NCBI GenBank assembly: GCA_965116905.1
Contig: OZ220732.1
Span: 1,216,001-1,280,000 of the forward strand
Direction of reading: 5' to 3'
Length of the DNA: 64,000 nucleotides
DNA from: Longimicrobiales bacterium
GTDB lineage: Bacteria; Gemmatimonadota; Gemmatimonadetes; Longimicrobiales; Gaopeijiaceae
In this document: positions 48,407 to 57,742 of the stretch, in pieces
Position numbering within the stretch: the first letter of the stretch is position 1
How the letters are laid out: every line of letters starts with the position of its first letter
Position numbers and translations under genes: made by a program
The notes under the pieces: model-generated
The model's input: only the letters and a program-made list of their open reading frames with translations
What the model was told of the DNA's origin: nothing
Database searches by the model: none

Positions 48407-49675
48407 CCGCTCCAGGACCATCGCGAAGCCCATGCCGCCTGCCGCGCACACGGTCACCATGCCGAACTGACCGTCCCGCCGCCGCAACTCGTTGAGGAGC
48501 GTCACGGTCAGGCGCCCGCCCGTCGCGCCGAAGGGGTGACCGATCGCGATGGAGCCGCCCATCACGTTGATCGCGTCCGGGTCGGGGTGGCCCAGTCGGC
48601 TGGAGCGGCCGAGTTCGTCGCGCCCGAAGGCGTCGGAGTCCCACGCCTGCAGGTTCGACAGCACCTGGGCGGCGAATGCCTCGTGCATCTCCAGCAGGTC
48701 GATGTCGGCCATGGTGATCCCGGCCCGCTCGAGCGCGATGGGCGCGGCGTAGGCGGGTCCCTGAAGCAGTTGGGCGGCCGGATCGAGGGCCGTGAACGCG
48801 TAGCTGCGCACATACCCCAGCGGCTCCAGTTGCAGGTCGCGCGCGCGTGACGGCGACATGAGCAGGACGGCGGACGCCCCGTCGGTCAGCGGCGACGAAG
48901 TGCCCGCGGTTACGGACCCGAATCGCCTGTCGAACACGGGACGGAGCGCGGACAGCGCCTCCATCGAGGTATTCGCCCGGATGCCGTTGTCGCGCTCCAC
49001 GATGTCCTTGTAGCGCGGGGGTACGTAGACCGGGGCGATCTCGGCGGTCAGGCGCCCGTCTTCGGTGCCGGCGTGCGCCTTGCGGTGCGACCCCAGCGCC
49101 CACCGGTCCTGGTCCTCGCGTGCGATCCCGTTCTCCTTGGCCATGCGCTCGGCCGCCGCGCCCATGGTCTCGCCGGTCGAATACTCGGCGATCGCGGGAG
49201 CCACCGGCACGAGGTCGCGCGGGCGCAGCGCGGTGAAGGCGCGAAGCCGCGCTCCGAGGCTCTTCGCCTTCGAGGCCGACACCAGCGTTCTGGCAAGACG
49301 GTCGGACGCCAGAATCGGGACACGGGACAGGCACTCGGCCCCACCGGCGACGACCACGTCGGCGACGCCCGCCTCGATCAGATTCACCCCGTCGGTGATG
49401 GCCTGGTTGGCCGAGGCGCAGGCCCGTGAAACGGTTGTGGCCGGAACGTCGTGCGGCAGGGTGGCCAGCCCGACCTCGCGCGCGATGTTGGGTGCTTGCG
49501 GGTCGTGGACGACCGTGCCGTAGATCAGCTGGTCGACCAGGTCGGGTGCAACCGGGGTGCGGGCCAGGAGCTCCGTGACCGCGTGGCGACCCAGTTCGAT
49601 CGCCGTCATGCGTGCGAAGTGGGTGCCGGCCCTGGTGAACGGGGTGCGGCAGCCGGAAACGATGGCAGTCTTCAT
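48401..49675 (-). CDS. fadI: Acetyl-CoA C-acyltransferase (thiolase, FadI-like)
   Basis: SRACASA, TDGASAV, HEAFAAQ, GHPFGATG and CAAGGMG motifs. Confidence 0.9.
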   Translation of the reverse strand: MKTAIVSGCRTPFTRAGTHFARMTAIELGRHAVTELLARTPVAPDLVDQLIYGTVVHDPQAPNIAREVGLATLPHDVPATTVSRACASANQAITDGVNLIEAGVADVVVAGGAECLSRVPILASDRLARTLVSASKAKSLGARLRAFTALRPRDLVPVAPAIAEYSTGETMGAAAERMAKENGIAREDQDRWALGSHRKAHAGTEDGRLTAEIAPVYVPPRYKDIVERDNGIRANTSMEALSALRPVFDRRFGSVTAGTSSPLTDGASAVLLMSPSRARDLQLEPLGYVRSYAFTALDPAAQLLQGPAYAAPIALERAGITMADIDLLEMHEAFAAQVLSNLQAWDSDAFGRDELGRSSRLGHPDPDAINVMGGSIAIGHPFGATGGRLTVTLLNELRRRDGQFGMVTVCAAGGMGFAMVLERA

Positions 49676-49699
49676 TGGTGACCTCGACCCACGTCTGTT

Positions 49700-49706
49700 T
49701 ACCTTA
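49700..49706. promoter_or_regulatory. Putative bidirectional -10 element (fadI / dehydrogenase)
   Basis: TACCTTA gives TACCTT on + (6 nt before ATG 49712, no RBS) and TAAGGT on -. Confidence 0.45.
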
Positions 49707-49711
49707 GACCG

Positions 49712-50977
49712 ATGCAAGCCGTCGAATTCAAGGTAACGATCCCCGGGTTCATCCTGGCCCGGAGCCTGGGCCGTGTCAGCGACGCTTTCGTCTACGGTCG
49801 TCCCTCGGGCGTGCGCCTGGTGGATCGGCCGGTGCCGGCGGTGCCGGGCGACGACTGGGTCCGGATCGATGTCCAGCTGTGCGGCATCTGCGGCAGCGAC
49901 CTGGGGAACATCTCCTACAAGTCCAGTCCGGCGATGGAGCCCTTCGGGTCCTTCCCCGCGGTGCTCGGGCACGAGATTCTGGGACGCGTGGCCGAGGTGG
50001 GGTCCGGGGTCTCGAATCTGGAGGTGGGCCAGCGCGTGGTCGTGGACCCCATGCTGCACTGCGAGGCCCGTGGTTGGGAAGAGGACTCCTGGTGTCCGTC
50101 GTGCGATGCGGGGCGCCACTCCACCTGCGAGCAGTCGGGAGACGAAGGACCCCTGCAGGTGACTTCGGACGGCCTGGCTCCGGGACTGACCATCGGGTAC
50201 CATCGCGACCTGCCCGGCGGCTGGGGCGAGCAGATGATCGCGCACAGGCGGCAGGTGTTCCCGGTGCCGGACGACGTGCCGGACCGGGTCGCCGTGCTCG
50301 CCGAGCCCCTCTCGATCGGGGTGCACGCCGTGCTGCGAAGCGGCGGCCAGCGGTCGCGCGGCCCGATCCTGGTGATCGGGAGCGGCACGATCGCGTTCGC
50401 GGCCATCTGGTCGTTGCGCACCCTGGGCTATTCCGGCCACCTCGTCGCGCAGGCCAAGCGGCCGCATGAGGTCGCGCTGGCCAGGGCCCTGGGCGCCGAC
50501 GAGGTCGTCACGCCGGGCGACGAGGCGCGACAGGCGCTGGTCGATACCGGGGCGAGCGCCTACATGCCGGTCGTCGGGGACGAGGTCTACGCGGGCGGCG
50601 GTTTCCCCCTGGTGTTCGACTGCGTGGGGTCCCAATCGAGCATGATGCAGTCGTTGCGCTACGCGTCGGCGCACGGCAGGGTCGTGCTGCTGGGGTGTGC
50701 GGGCCAGCTGCGCAAGCTGGATCTCACGTTCGTCTGGGCGAAGGAGCTCCGGGTGCAGGGGTACGTCGGATACGGCGCCGAGGAGTGGCTGGGACGCCAC
50801 CTCCACACCTTCGAGGTGACGCTGGAACGCATGGCCGCGGAGTTGGCCGCCGGCAACGGGGCGCTGGACGGAATGGTCACCCACGTCTTCCCGCTGGCCC
50901 AGTACCGCGACGCCTTGCGCGCCGCCTACGACCACCGCCGCAGCAAGGCGGTCAAGGTGGTGCTGCAGTCCGGGTAG
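49712..50977 (+). CDS. Zinc-binding (MDR) alcohol dehydrogenase family protein
   Basis: CGICGSD, LGHE, structural-zinc Cys cluster, GSGTIA and VFDCVG motifs. Confidence 0.9.
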   Translation: MQAVEFKVTIPGFILARSLGRVSDAFVYGRPSGVRLVDRPVPAVPGDDWVRIDVQLCGICGSDLGNISYKSSPAMEPFGSFPAVLGHEILGRVAEVGSGVSNLEVGQRVVVDPMLHCEARGWEEDSWCPSCDAGRHSTCEQSGDEGPLQVTSDGLAPGLTIGYHRDLPGGWGEQMIAHRRQVFPVPDDVPDRVAVLAEPLSIGVHAVLRSGGQRSRGPILVIGSGTIAFAAIWSLRTLGYSGHLVAQAKRPHEVALARALGADEVVTPGDEARQALVDTGASAYMPVVGDEVYAGGGFPLVFDCVGSQSSMMQSLRYASAHGRVVLLGCAGQLRKLDLTFVWAKELRVQGYVGYGAEEWLGRHLHTFEVTLERMAAELAAGNGALDGMVTHVFPLAQYRDALRAAYDHRRSKAVKVVLQSG

Positions 50978-53174
50978 CTGTGCCGGAGCCCCCGCCGGCC
51001 GTCAGCACCACCCGCGCGTCGACCGGGACCACGCGGTCTTCGTAGACAAAGAGCGGGTTGACCTCGACCTCGGCGATGTCCTCCCATGTGAGGAGGCATT
51101 GGGCGACCGCGCTCGCCGCGGCCACGACGGGTCCTGTGCGGATGGCGGGCCGGCCTCGCGTGCCGTCGAGCAGGGCCCGGGCCTTCAGCTCCGAGAGCAT
51201 CGACTCGATCTCGGCGTCGCTCACGGGCAGCACCCGGTGCGCGACATCGCGAATCACCTCGACCCAGATGCCGCCGGCACCGATGGTGAGGACCGGTCCC
51301 AGCTGGGAGTCCCGACAGGCTCCGATCAGGAATTCGGCGACGGGTCTGGACAGCATGGGCGACGCCAGCGCCGCGTACGGCTCCGCGGGAAGGTCGTGAG
51401 CGAGCGCGTGCCTGCGGGCACCGGCCACGATGCTCTCGAAGGCGGCGCGGGCCTCGTCCGGGGTGGTGATGCCGAGGACCACGCCCCCCGCGTCCGACTT
51501 GTGGGTGATGTGCCCGGAAAGGAGCTTGAGCGCGACGCCCTGGGGGGGTCGAACCGCCTTTTCGGCAGCCTCCTCTCCGGTCCTGATGATCTCGGCCGGT
51601 TCGAACGCGAGCCCGGATTCGCCGAGGATCGCCCGGGCCTCGAGTTCGGTCAGGTTGCTCCGTCCGTCTGAGCGCGCGGCGATGATTGAATGATGACGGC
51701 TCGGTGCTATGAATAGGGATTTGGCAGCCGCTGGCTGCGAGTCTGCGAACGAATTCGCGGCGTCCTGGCGGGAGTCGCGGTGCGTCAGCCTGTTGCTCCG
51801 GCGCTGCAACTCCGCAACCGCGCGGCAGGCAACCTCCAGGGACTCGATCACCGGCACGCCGGCCCGGCGCAGCGCGTCCAGCGGCGCGCTTTCCATGGCG
51901 GTATAGAGCGACTGCACGACCAGCCCCTTGCCCGCGGCGCGCATCGTCGCCGCCATGTCGTCCGCCGCCGCGGTCTCGACCCCGGCAAGCCGTTCGGAAA
52001 AGCGGATGCCGTAGCCGCCGAACAGGCCCACAACCAGCACGGCGCCGACCGCCGGGTCGGCGGCGAGCGCTTTCAGTGAGCGCGGGAAGGCTCCGGGATC
52101 CGAGTCCGCCGCACCCGCGACGTCGACCGGATTCCGCACGGCCGCGGCCGGTCCGAGGCGGGTTCTCAGGGCGGACATGGTCGCCTCGCCGAGTTCGGCC
52201 AAAGGCGCTCCCATCTCGCCGAGGAAGTCGACGGCGAGTGTGTTCTGTCCGCCGCCATCGGAGAGGATGGCGATCCCGCCGCCTGCCGGACCGGGCACCT
52301 GGGAAACCAGCGTCTCGGCGATATGGGACAGCTCATCGGTGCGCACGACCTCGACCACTCCGACCTGCGCGAGGCCGGCGCGGAGGCGGTCGTAGGGCCC
52401 GGCTACGGCGCCGGTGTGGGAGGTCGCCGCCTCGGCGCCGCGGGCGGTGCGCCCCGACTTGACCACGACCACCGGCTTGTGGCGCGTCACCGCCCTGGCC
52501 GCACGCAACAGGGCGCGGCCGTCCTTGCACCCTTCGACGTGCGCGATTATGCCGGCTGTCCCATCATGCCCGCCAAGGAACTCGAGCACCTCGCCGAAAC
52601 CGACATCGACCTCGTTCCCGAGCCCGCAGCAGATGGAGATGCCGAGCGCTGTGCGCCGCGTGATCTCGTTCATGAGGCCCAGCGCGATGTTCCCCGATTG
52701 AACGAGCAGGGCGATGCCCCCCGGCCGCACGCCCCGCGCGCCGATCAGGTTGACGCCGCGGAGCAGGTTGAGGAGTCCCGAGGTATTGGGCCCCACCACG
52801 CGGACGCCGCTGTCGCGCCCCGCCGCCGCCAGTTCGGCCTCCAGGCGCGCGCCCTCCGGGCCCGACTCGCCGAACCCCACGGCCAGCACGACCGCGCCGC
52901 CGACCCCCCTGTCGCCGCATGCACGAACCAGTCCGGGCGCGGTCGCCGCCGGCGTGCACAGCACCGCGAGGTCGACCGCCTCCGGAAGTTCGTCCAGGGA
53001 GCGCAGCAGCGTGTGTCCCAGCAGCGTTCCGCCCGCGGGGTTGACCGCATGGACCTGGCCCTCGTAGCCGGATTCACCGAGCGCGCGGAGGATCTGGTGC
53101 CCGCGCTTCCCCGGATCGGTGCTGGCACCCACGACCACGATCGAGCGCGGCTCGAAGATGCGCGCGAGCGTCAT
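50952..53174 (-). CDS. ADP-forming acyl-CoA synthetase (acetate-CoA ligase family)
   Basis: PRSIVVVGAS, VVGPNTSG, QSGN, SHTGAVAG, HKSDAGGV and EVNPL motifs. Confidence 0.92.
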   Translation of the reverse strand: MTLARIFEPRSIVVVGASTDPGKRGHQILRALGESGYEGQVHAVNPAGGTLLGHTLLRSLDELPEAVDLAVLCTPAATAPGLVRACGDRGVGGAVVLAVGFGESGPEGARLEAELAAAGRDSGVRVVGPNTSGLLNLLRGVNLIGARGVRPGGIALLVQSGNIALGLMNEITRRTALGISICCGLGNEVDVGFGEVLEFLGGHDGTAGIIAHVEGCKDGRALLRAARAVTRHKPVVVVKSGRTARGAEAATSHTGAVAGPYDRLRAGLAQVGVVEVVRTDELSHIAETLVSQVPGPAGGGIAILSDGGGQNTLAVDFLGEMGAPLAELGEATMSALRTRLGPAAAVRNPVDVAGAADSDPGAFPRSLKALAADPAVGAVLVVGLFGGYGIRFSERLAGVETAAADDMAATMRAAGKGLVVQSLYTAMESAPLDALRRAGVPVIESLEVACRAVAELQRRSNRLTHRDSRQDAANSFADSQPAAAKSLFIAPSRHHSIIAARSDGRSNLTELEARAILGESGLAFEPAEIIRTGEEAAEKAVRPPQGVALKLLSGHITHKSDAGGVVLGITTPDEARAAFESIVAGARRHALAHDLPAEPYAALASPMLSRPVAEFLIGACRDSQLGPVLTIGAGGIWVEVIRDVAHRVLPVSDAEIESMLSELKARALLDGTRGRPAIRTGPVVAAASAVAQCLLTWEDIAEVEVNPLFVYEDRVVPVDARVVLTAGGGSGTATRTAAPP

Positions 53175-53220
53175 TCGAGAACGCGGGCGAGCGTCATTCG
53201 ACGATGCGGGCGAGCGTCAT
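53171..53220 (-). repeat. Triplicated 23-bp ATGA junction producing two 8-aa mini-ORFs
   Basis: MTLARIVE* (53194-53220) and MTLARVLE* (53171-53197) precede MTLARIFEP... Confidence 0.85.
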
Positions 53221-54023
53221 TTTCCCACGAAGTCGGGCCTTCGGCCGGCATGGAACGCGGCCAGCCCCTCGGCCCAGTCCTCGGTGTCGAAGATGACTTC
53301 GAGGACTTCGCGTTCGCGCCTGAGCGCCTCTTCGCGCGAGATCTCCGGCGCGGTGCCCATCAGCTGCTTCGCGGCGGCCAGGGGGATCGGAGCCCGCCGC
53401 GCGAGCCGCTCTGCCCATTGCGTGGCCACGGCCAGCACGTCCGCTGCGGGAACGGCGCGGTTCACGACGCCCATCGCGGCCGCCTCGGCACCCGAGAAGA
53501 AGTCGCCCATGTAGATGAGTTCACGGGCCTTGAGCACACCCACCCGCTGGGCCAGGGTATACACCGCGCCGCCGCCCACGAAGGTGCCGAGCGCGACTTC
53601 GGGGAGCCGCAGTCTGGCCTCGTCGGCCACGACGGCGAGGTCCGCGGAGAGCGCGATCTCGAGCCCCGCACCGATCGCGTGCCCGTTCACGGCCGCGACG
53701 ACCGGGGTGCCGATCGTCTGGATCAGGTGGTTCGCGTGCTGTCCGGCCCGGATGTAGCGCGCCCGTTCTTCCGGGGAAGGCGGCGTGTCGCGATGCTCCT
53801 TGAGGTCGGCGCCGGCCGAGAACGCGCGACCGGTCCCGGTGAGGATCACGCAGCGCACCTCGGGGTCGGCCGCGGCGGATTCCAGTCCCGCGATCAGCTG
53901 CTCGTAGAGCGGCATGCTCACCGCGTTGAGGCGGTGGGGGCGGTTGAGCGTGAGGGTGAGAAGGCGTCCGTCACGGGTCGCGATGACTTCGCGATCCCGG
54001 TGTCCGCCGCCGCTACCCGGCAT
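53217..54023 (-). CDS. Enoyl-CoA hydratase/isomerase family protein
   Basis: LNRPHRLNA, AFSAGADL, VNGHAIGAGLE and LPEVALG motifs. Confidence 0.93.
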   Translation of the reverse strand: MPGSGGGHRDREVIATRDGRLLTLTLNRPHRLNAVSMPLYEQLIAGLESAAADPEVRCVILTGTGRAFSAGADLKEHRDTPPSPEERARYIRAGQHANHLIQTIGTPVVAAVNGHAIGAGLEIALSADLAVVADEARLRLPEVALGTFVGGGAVYTLAQRVGVLKARELIYMGDFFSGAEAAAMGVVNRAVPAADVLAVATQWAERLARRAPIPLAAAKQLMGTAPEISREEALRREREVLEVIFDTEDWAEGLAAFHAGRRPDFVGK

Positions 54024-55650
54024 CGAACGGCCTGCCGCCCCGCACCAGAGCGCGTCCCGGAAGCGCCATGGTGGCCTCGCCGTCCCGGACGGCGAAGGTC
54101 CCGTTGACGAGCACGTGGACGGTCCCGCGGGAGTACTGGTGGGGGTTCTCGTACGTCGCCATGTCGTCGACGGCGTTCAGGTCCAGCACCGTGATGTCGG
54201 CTGCGTATCCCTCGCGCAGATAGCCGCGGTCGGTCCAGCCGAGAAAGTCCGCCGCGAGGCCCGTCATCGAGCGGATCGTGTGGGGCAGCGTGATCAGGCT
54301 TTCGTCCAGCACGAGGTCGCGGATCTTCTTCGTGAATGATCCGAACGCGCGGGGATGCGTGACCGGACGGGTCGGGCCCGGGTCGCGTCCGTCCGTGCAC
54401 GTCATCATCCAGTCGAGTTGGGCCAGGTAGCGCACGTTCTCGATGTCGTACAGTCCGAGATTCATGACGGCGGCGTTCCCGTCGCGCAGGATGTGCCGCG
54501 CCGCGGCGGGCGCGTCCATCGCCAGTTCGTCCGCGACCTCCTGCAGGGTCTTCCCGTTCAGATCGGGGCGCTGGTCGGCGAAGAGGAGCCGCTCGGCGCC
54601 ACCGCGAATCGCAAGCATCTCGCGGGTTTGCCGGTCGATGACGGCAACCGTGTCGGGATCTTCGAACCGCCGCACCATGGCCGTATCGCCGCCCACGGCT
54701 GCCCAGCCCGGGATCGTGTAGGAGCGCAGGTTGGACTGCGTGGCGGTGTACGAGTGGTGGGCACCCGCGACCTCGACGCCCCGCGCGCGTGCAGCCTCAA
54801 TGAGCGCGGCGCCCTCGGGGGCCCGGCCGTAGTTGTGCGCGCCCTGCGCGTTGAAGTGGCTGAAGATGACCTTCGTGCCCGCCTCTTCACCGATGCGGAT
54901 CCCCTCCTCGATCGACGCGAGGTAGCCGAAGGAAGGATACGCCGCGCCGAGGTCCCGGTCGTGCGTGTCGTAGATGGCGCCGTCGTATTCGGCGGCGACC
55001 CGGTTCAGCTCGATCACCTCTTGCGTTTCGGCGTAGTTCCCCGGCAGGTAGAAGAGTCCCGTGGAGAGGCCAAGGGCGCCTTCGTCCATTCCCTGGCGAA
55101 CCAGGTCGCGCATCTCGTCCAGCTCCCCGGCCGAGGGCTCCCGGTCTGCCATCCCCATCACCCACGCCCGCACCGAGTTGTGCCCTACGAAAAGGAACGC
55201 GTTCACGCCGATCCCGTCTTCCTCCCAGGCGGCCAGCCGTGCGGCAACCTCCGCACTGCCACCTCCGTCCATCCCCAGAGCCACGCTGGTGATCCCCTGA
55301 TGGAGAAACGCCCGCGCGTCGCGTCCGTGATCGCTGTCCAGCTCGGCATGGGAGTGCATGTCGATGAATCCGGGGGTCACGACCAGACCGGTGACGTCGA
55401 GCGTGTCCGTAGCCGGCGGCCCATCCACGCTCGCGTCGCCCAGGAACACGATGCGGTCGCCCGACACCGCGATGTCCGCGTTCACGGCATCGCTGCCGGT
55501 CCCGTCCAACACGGAGCCACCCGTCAGGAGCAGGTCGGCGGGCGGTTCGTCGGGCGTGCACGCGGCGAGCGCGGCCAGGAGCATGGAGAGCAGCGCTCCA
55601 CCCTGCAGGAAGCTCCCGCGCGCCCTCCGCCAGGGCTTCAGTTTCTTCAA
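54013..55650 (-). CDS. N-acyl-D-amino-acid deacylase family amidohydrolase, lipoprotein
   Basis: PGFIDMHSH, GALGLSTGLFY, HPRAFGSF and RGYLREGYAAD motifs; LAAC lipobox; TTGA overlap with the upstream stop. Confidence 0.9.
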   Translation of the reverse strand: MKKLKPWRRARGSFLQGGALLSMLLAALAACTPDEPPADLLLTGGSVLDGTGSDAVNADIAVSGDRIVFLGDASVDGPPATDTLDVTGLVVTPGFIDMHSHAELDSDHGRDARAFLHQGITSVALGMDGGGSAEVAARLAAWEEDGIGVNAFLFVGHNSVRAWVMGMADREPSAGELDEMRDLVRQGMDEGALGLSTGLFYLPGNYAETQEVIELNRVAAEYDGAIYDTHDRDLGAAYPSFGYLASIEEGIRIGEEAGTKVIFSHFNAQGAHNYGRAPEGAALIEAARARGVEVAGAHHSYTATQSNLRSYTIPGWAAVGGDTAMVRRFEDPDTVAVIDRQTREMLAIRGGAERLLFADQRPDLNGKTLQEVADELAMDAPAAARHILRDGNAAVMNLGLYDIENVRYLAQLDWMMTCTDGRDPGPTRPVTHPRAFGSFTKKIRDLVLDESLITLPHTIRSMTGLAADFLGWTDRGYLREGYAADITVLDLNAVDDMATYENPHQYSRGTVHVLVNGTFAVRDGEATMALPGRALVRGGRPFDAG

Positions 55651-56936
55651 TTTCCCCCCGTGCGCCGAACGAAAAGGACGCCCTCGTCCATCGAGGTGAC
55701 GGCGATCAGGCCGCTGGCGAAGAACGGGTAGTTCGACCACGACCCGGTCGTGCCCGCCACATCGCCGCCGTTGGGTTCGGTGTCGAAGAACGCGATCTCC
55801 CGGGGGTTCTCGCGGTCGGAGATATCCAGCACCCGGAGGCCAACCCTGTAGTTGGACTGGTACATCAGGTCGCCGACGATGTACAGGTTGTGATCCGTAG
55901 CCTGGGTTTCGCTCAGGAACTCCTTCACGATGATGGGATCGTCGAGATCCTGCACGTCCCAGACGAGCGTCCGGGTTGCACCCTGCGATGCGAACTCGTC
56001 GAACTCGTCGTTCATGTAGAAGTACTCGTGAGCGTCATCGATCCATCCCTGGTGGGAATAAGCTGCCGCGGGATAGGACACCGACGCCAGCGCGATGGGT
56101 TCCTGCTTGTCCGTCACGTCGGCAATGCTGAGGCCCGTCTCATTCGACCCGAAGCAGACCTCGCGCCCGCGATGCTCGGTGTCGGGACCGCGGTACACGA
56201 TGCACATCGCGTCATGCGTATAGCCGGTCCCCCGGATGCCCGTAGTGGTGTCCGCAAAACACCCTGCGAATTGCGGGTCGGTGGGCACGCGGATGTCGAT
56301 CATGTGCAGGCCGCCCCCGCATGTGTCCCCGCCGCCATTGCCCCCGACGGAGTAGGCGAACCCGGTCTCCTCGTTGATCACGATGTTGTGGGCGCTGTGG
56401 ATCCTGTCATACGTCGTGGTGGCCGTAAAGGTCACGGGCGGTTCGGTGACCGAGCGCAGTTCGGTCAGATCGAAGACCTGCATCCCGTGCGCGCCCGCGC
56501 CGTCGGCGACGATGAAGGCGTGGTCCCGGTACACCTTGATGTCTCGCCAGGTGTTCCTGGTCGCACCTGCCGTCAGGGGCAGAACGCCGGTGTGGACCGG
56601 GAACTGCGGGTCCTTCAGATTGACGAACGAGGTGCCGCCCGAGTGGCCGACCAGTGCCCACTCCGTGCGCGTGACGGGGTCCTGCCAGCCCCAGATGTCG
56701 TTGACGAGGCCTTCCTGCGCGTCAATCTGGTCCTTCCGGAGCCGCGACACGAGGTCGATTCGCGAACAGGGATAGTCGCGCGCCTTGCCGTCAGCACACC
56801 GCGCTCCGCTGCCGGGTGGCGTCACCGTTGTCGTGTCGACGGGCGGTGGCCTGATGGTGCCGGAATCGTCGTCGGAACATGATGCGGCAACGCACACACC
56901 GATCACAATCAACGGAACGACACGGGCAAGTCTCAT
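55647..56936 (-). CDS. Choice-of-anchor B family lipoprotein
   Basis: NDIWGW, WRDIKVY, HGMQVFDL, AHNIVINEETG, YTHDAMC, YSHQGW and DHNLY motifs. Confidence 0.88.
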   Translation of the reverse strand: MRLARVVPLIVIGVCVAASCSDDDSGTIRPPPVDTTTVTPPGSGARCADGKARDYPCSRIDLVSRLRKDQIDAQEGLVNDIWGWQDPVTRTEWALVGHSGGTSFVNLKDPQFPVHTGVLPLTAGATRNTWRDIKVYRDHAFIVADGAGAHGMQVFDLTELRSVTEPPVTFTATTTYDRIHSAHNIVINEETGFAYSVGGNGGGDTCGGGLHMIDIRVPTDPQFAGCFADTTTGIRGTGYTHDAMCIVYRGPDTEHRGREVCFGSNETGLSIADVTDKQEPIALASVSYPAAAYSHQGWIDDAHEYFYMNDEFDEFASQGATRTLVWDVQDLDDPIIVKEFLSETQATDHNLYIVGDLMYQSNYRVGLRVLDISDRENPREIAFFDTEPNGGDVAGTTGSWSNYPFFASGLIAVTSMDEGVLFVRRTGGN

Positions 56937-57032
56937 GTTGAAAAGTGTCAAGCGCCGCAAGTGCGCGCAACGCGCCGTGGCTTCGCCCCGAGATCGGCGG
57001 GGGGCAACTGGGGCATCCGGCCTGCGTGGGAA

Positions 57033-57728
57033 CTAGCGGGGTCGCAAGTCCACGACCAGACGCGGCTCGCCCAGCGTTTCCATGATCCGGTATTCCACCT
57101 CGCCGGCCGTGCCCAGAACCCACCGTACTCTGTCGCCTTCGTCGCAGGTCTGCATCGCCGCCGTGAGCACGGGGGAATCCAGGGTGCGGCTCTGGTCCGT
57201 CACGGTGGCGCCGCCGTCCCGATTGGCGCGGGCGCCCATGAGCTCAACGGCCAGGTGGGCAGGAGCCTCGATGGCTTCGCCGGTGCCGTCGCAGCCGCCG
57301 CCCGCCTCGGTCCCCAGGGCCAGCCGGAATCCGGGTATATGCGACTCGAAGGCAAAGATCACGCGATCGTAGCCGTCCGAACTCTGAGTGCTCACGTTCG
57401 TCAGCGTCGCGGGTTCCCGGTCGGCGCTGGCGTCCTTCGAAACGGTGTTGCGTCCCCACGGGGTGTTGAGGCCGACCTGAGACGGGTCGAGATCGCCGTA
57501 ATCGGCCTCGGTCAGTTCGTCACGGGGATTGTCGGTGGAGATGAATGGGTCGGGCGTCGGCGCCTCTTCCGCCCGGTCCCCGCAAGCCGCTGCGAGGAGG
57601 AGAGCTGCGGGCGCCACCAGGCACCACTTGCTGATATTCAGTCGAGTAGACAAGGCCGCAGGTCCTTTCTTTCCGATGTTTCGTCCGTGCCGGGCGCCTG
57701 CGCCATCGCGCGCCGCTCGACAACTCAT
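57033..57728 (-). CDS. AMIN-like domain lipoprotein
   Basis: LAAAC lipobox; YDRVIFAF, VRWVLG and PRLVVDL motifs; start uncertain (about 57641 to 57728). Confidence 0.7.
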   Translation of the reverse strand: MSCRAARDGAGARHGRNIGKKGPAALSTRLNISKWCLVAPAALLLAAACGDRAEEAPTPDPFISTDNPRDELTEADYGDLDPSQVGLNTPWGRNTVSKDASADREPATLTNVSTQSSDGYDRVIFAFESHIPGFRLALGTEAGGGCDGTGEAIEAPAHLAVELMGARANRDGGATVTDQSRTLDSPVLTAAMQTCDEGDRVRWVLGTAGEVEYRIMETLGEPRLVVDLRPR

Positions 57729-57742
57729 CCTAAAGTAGCAAA

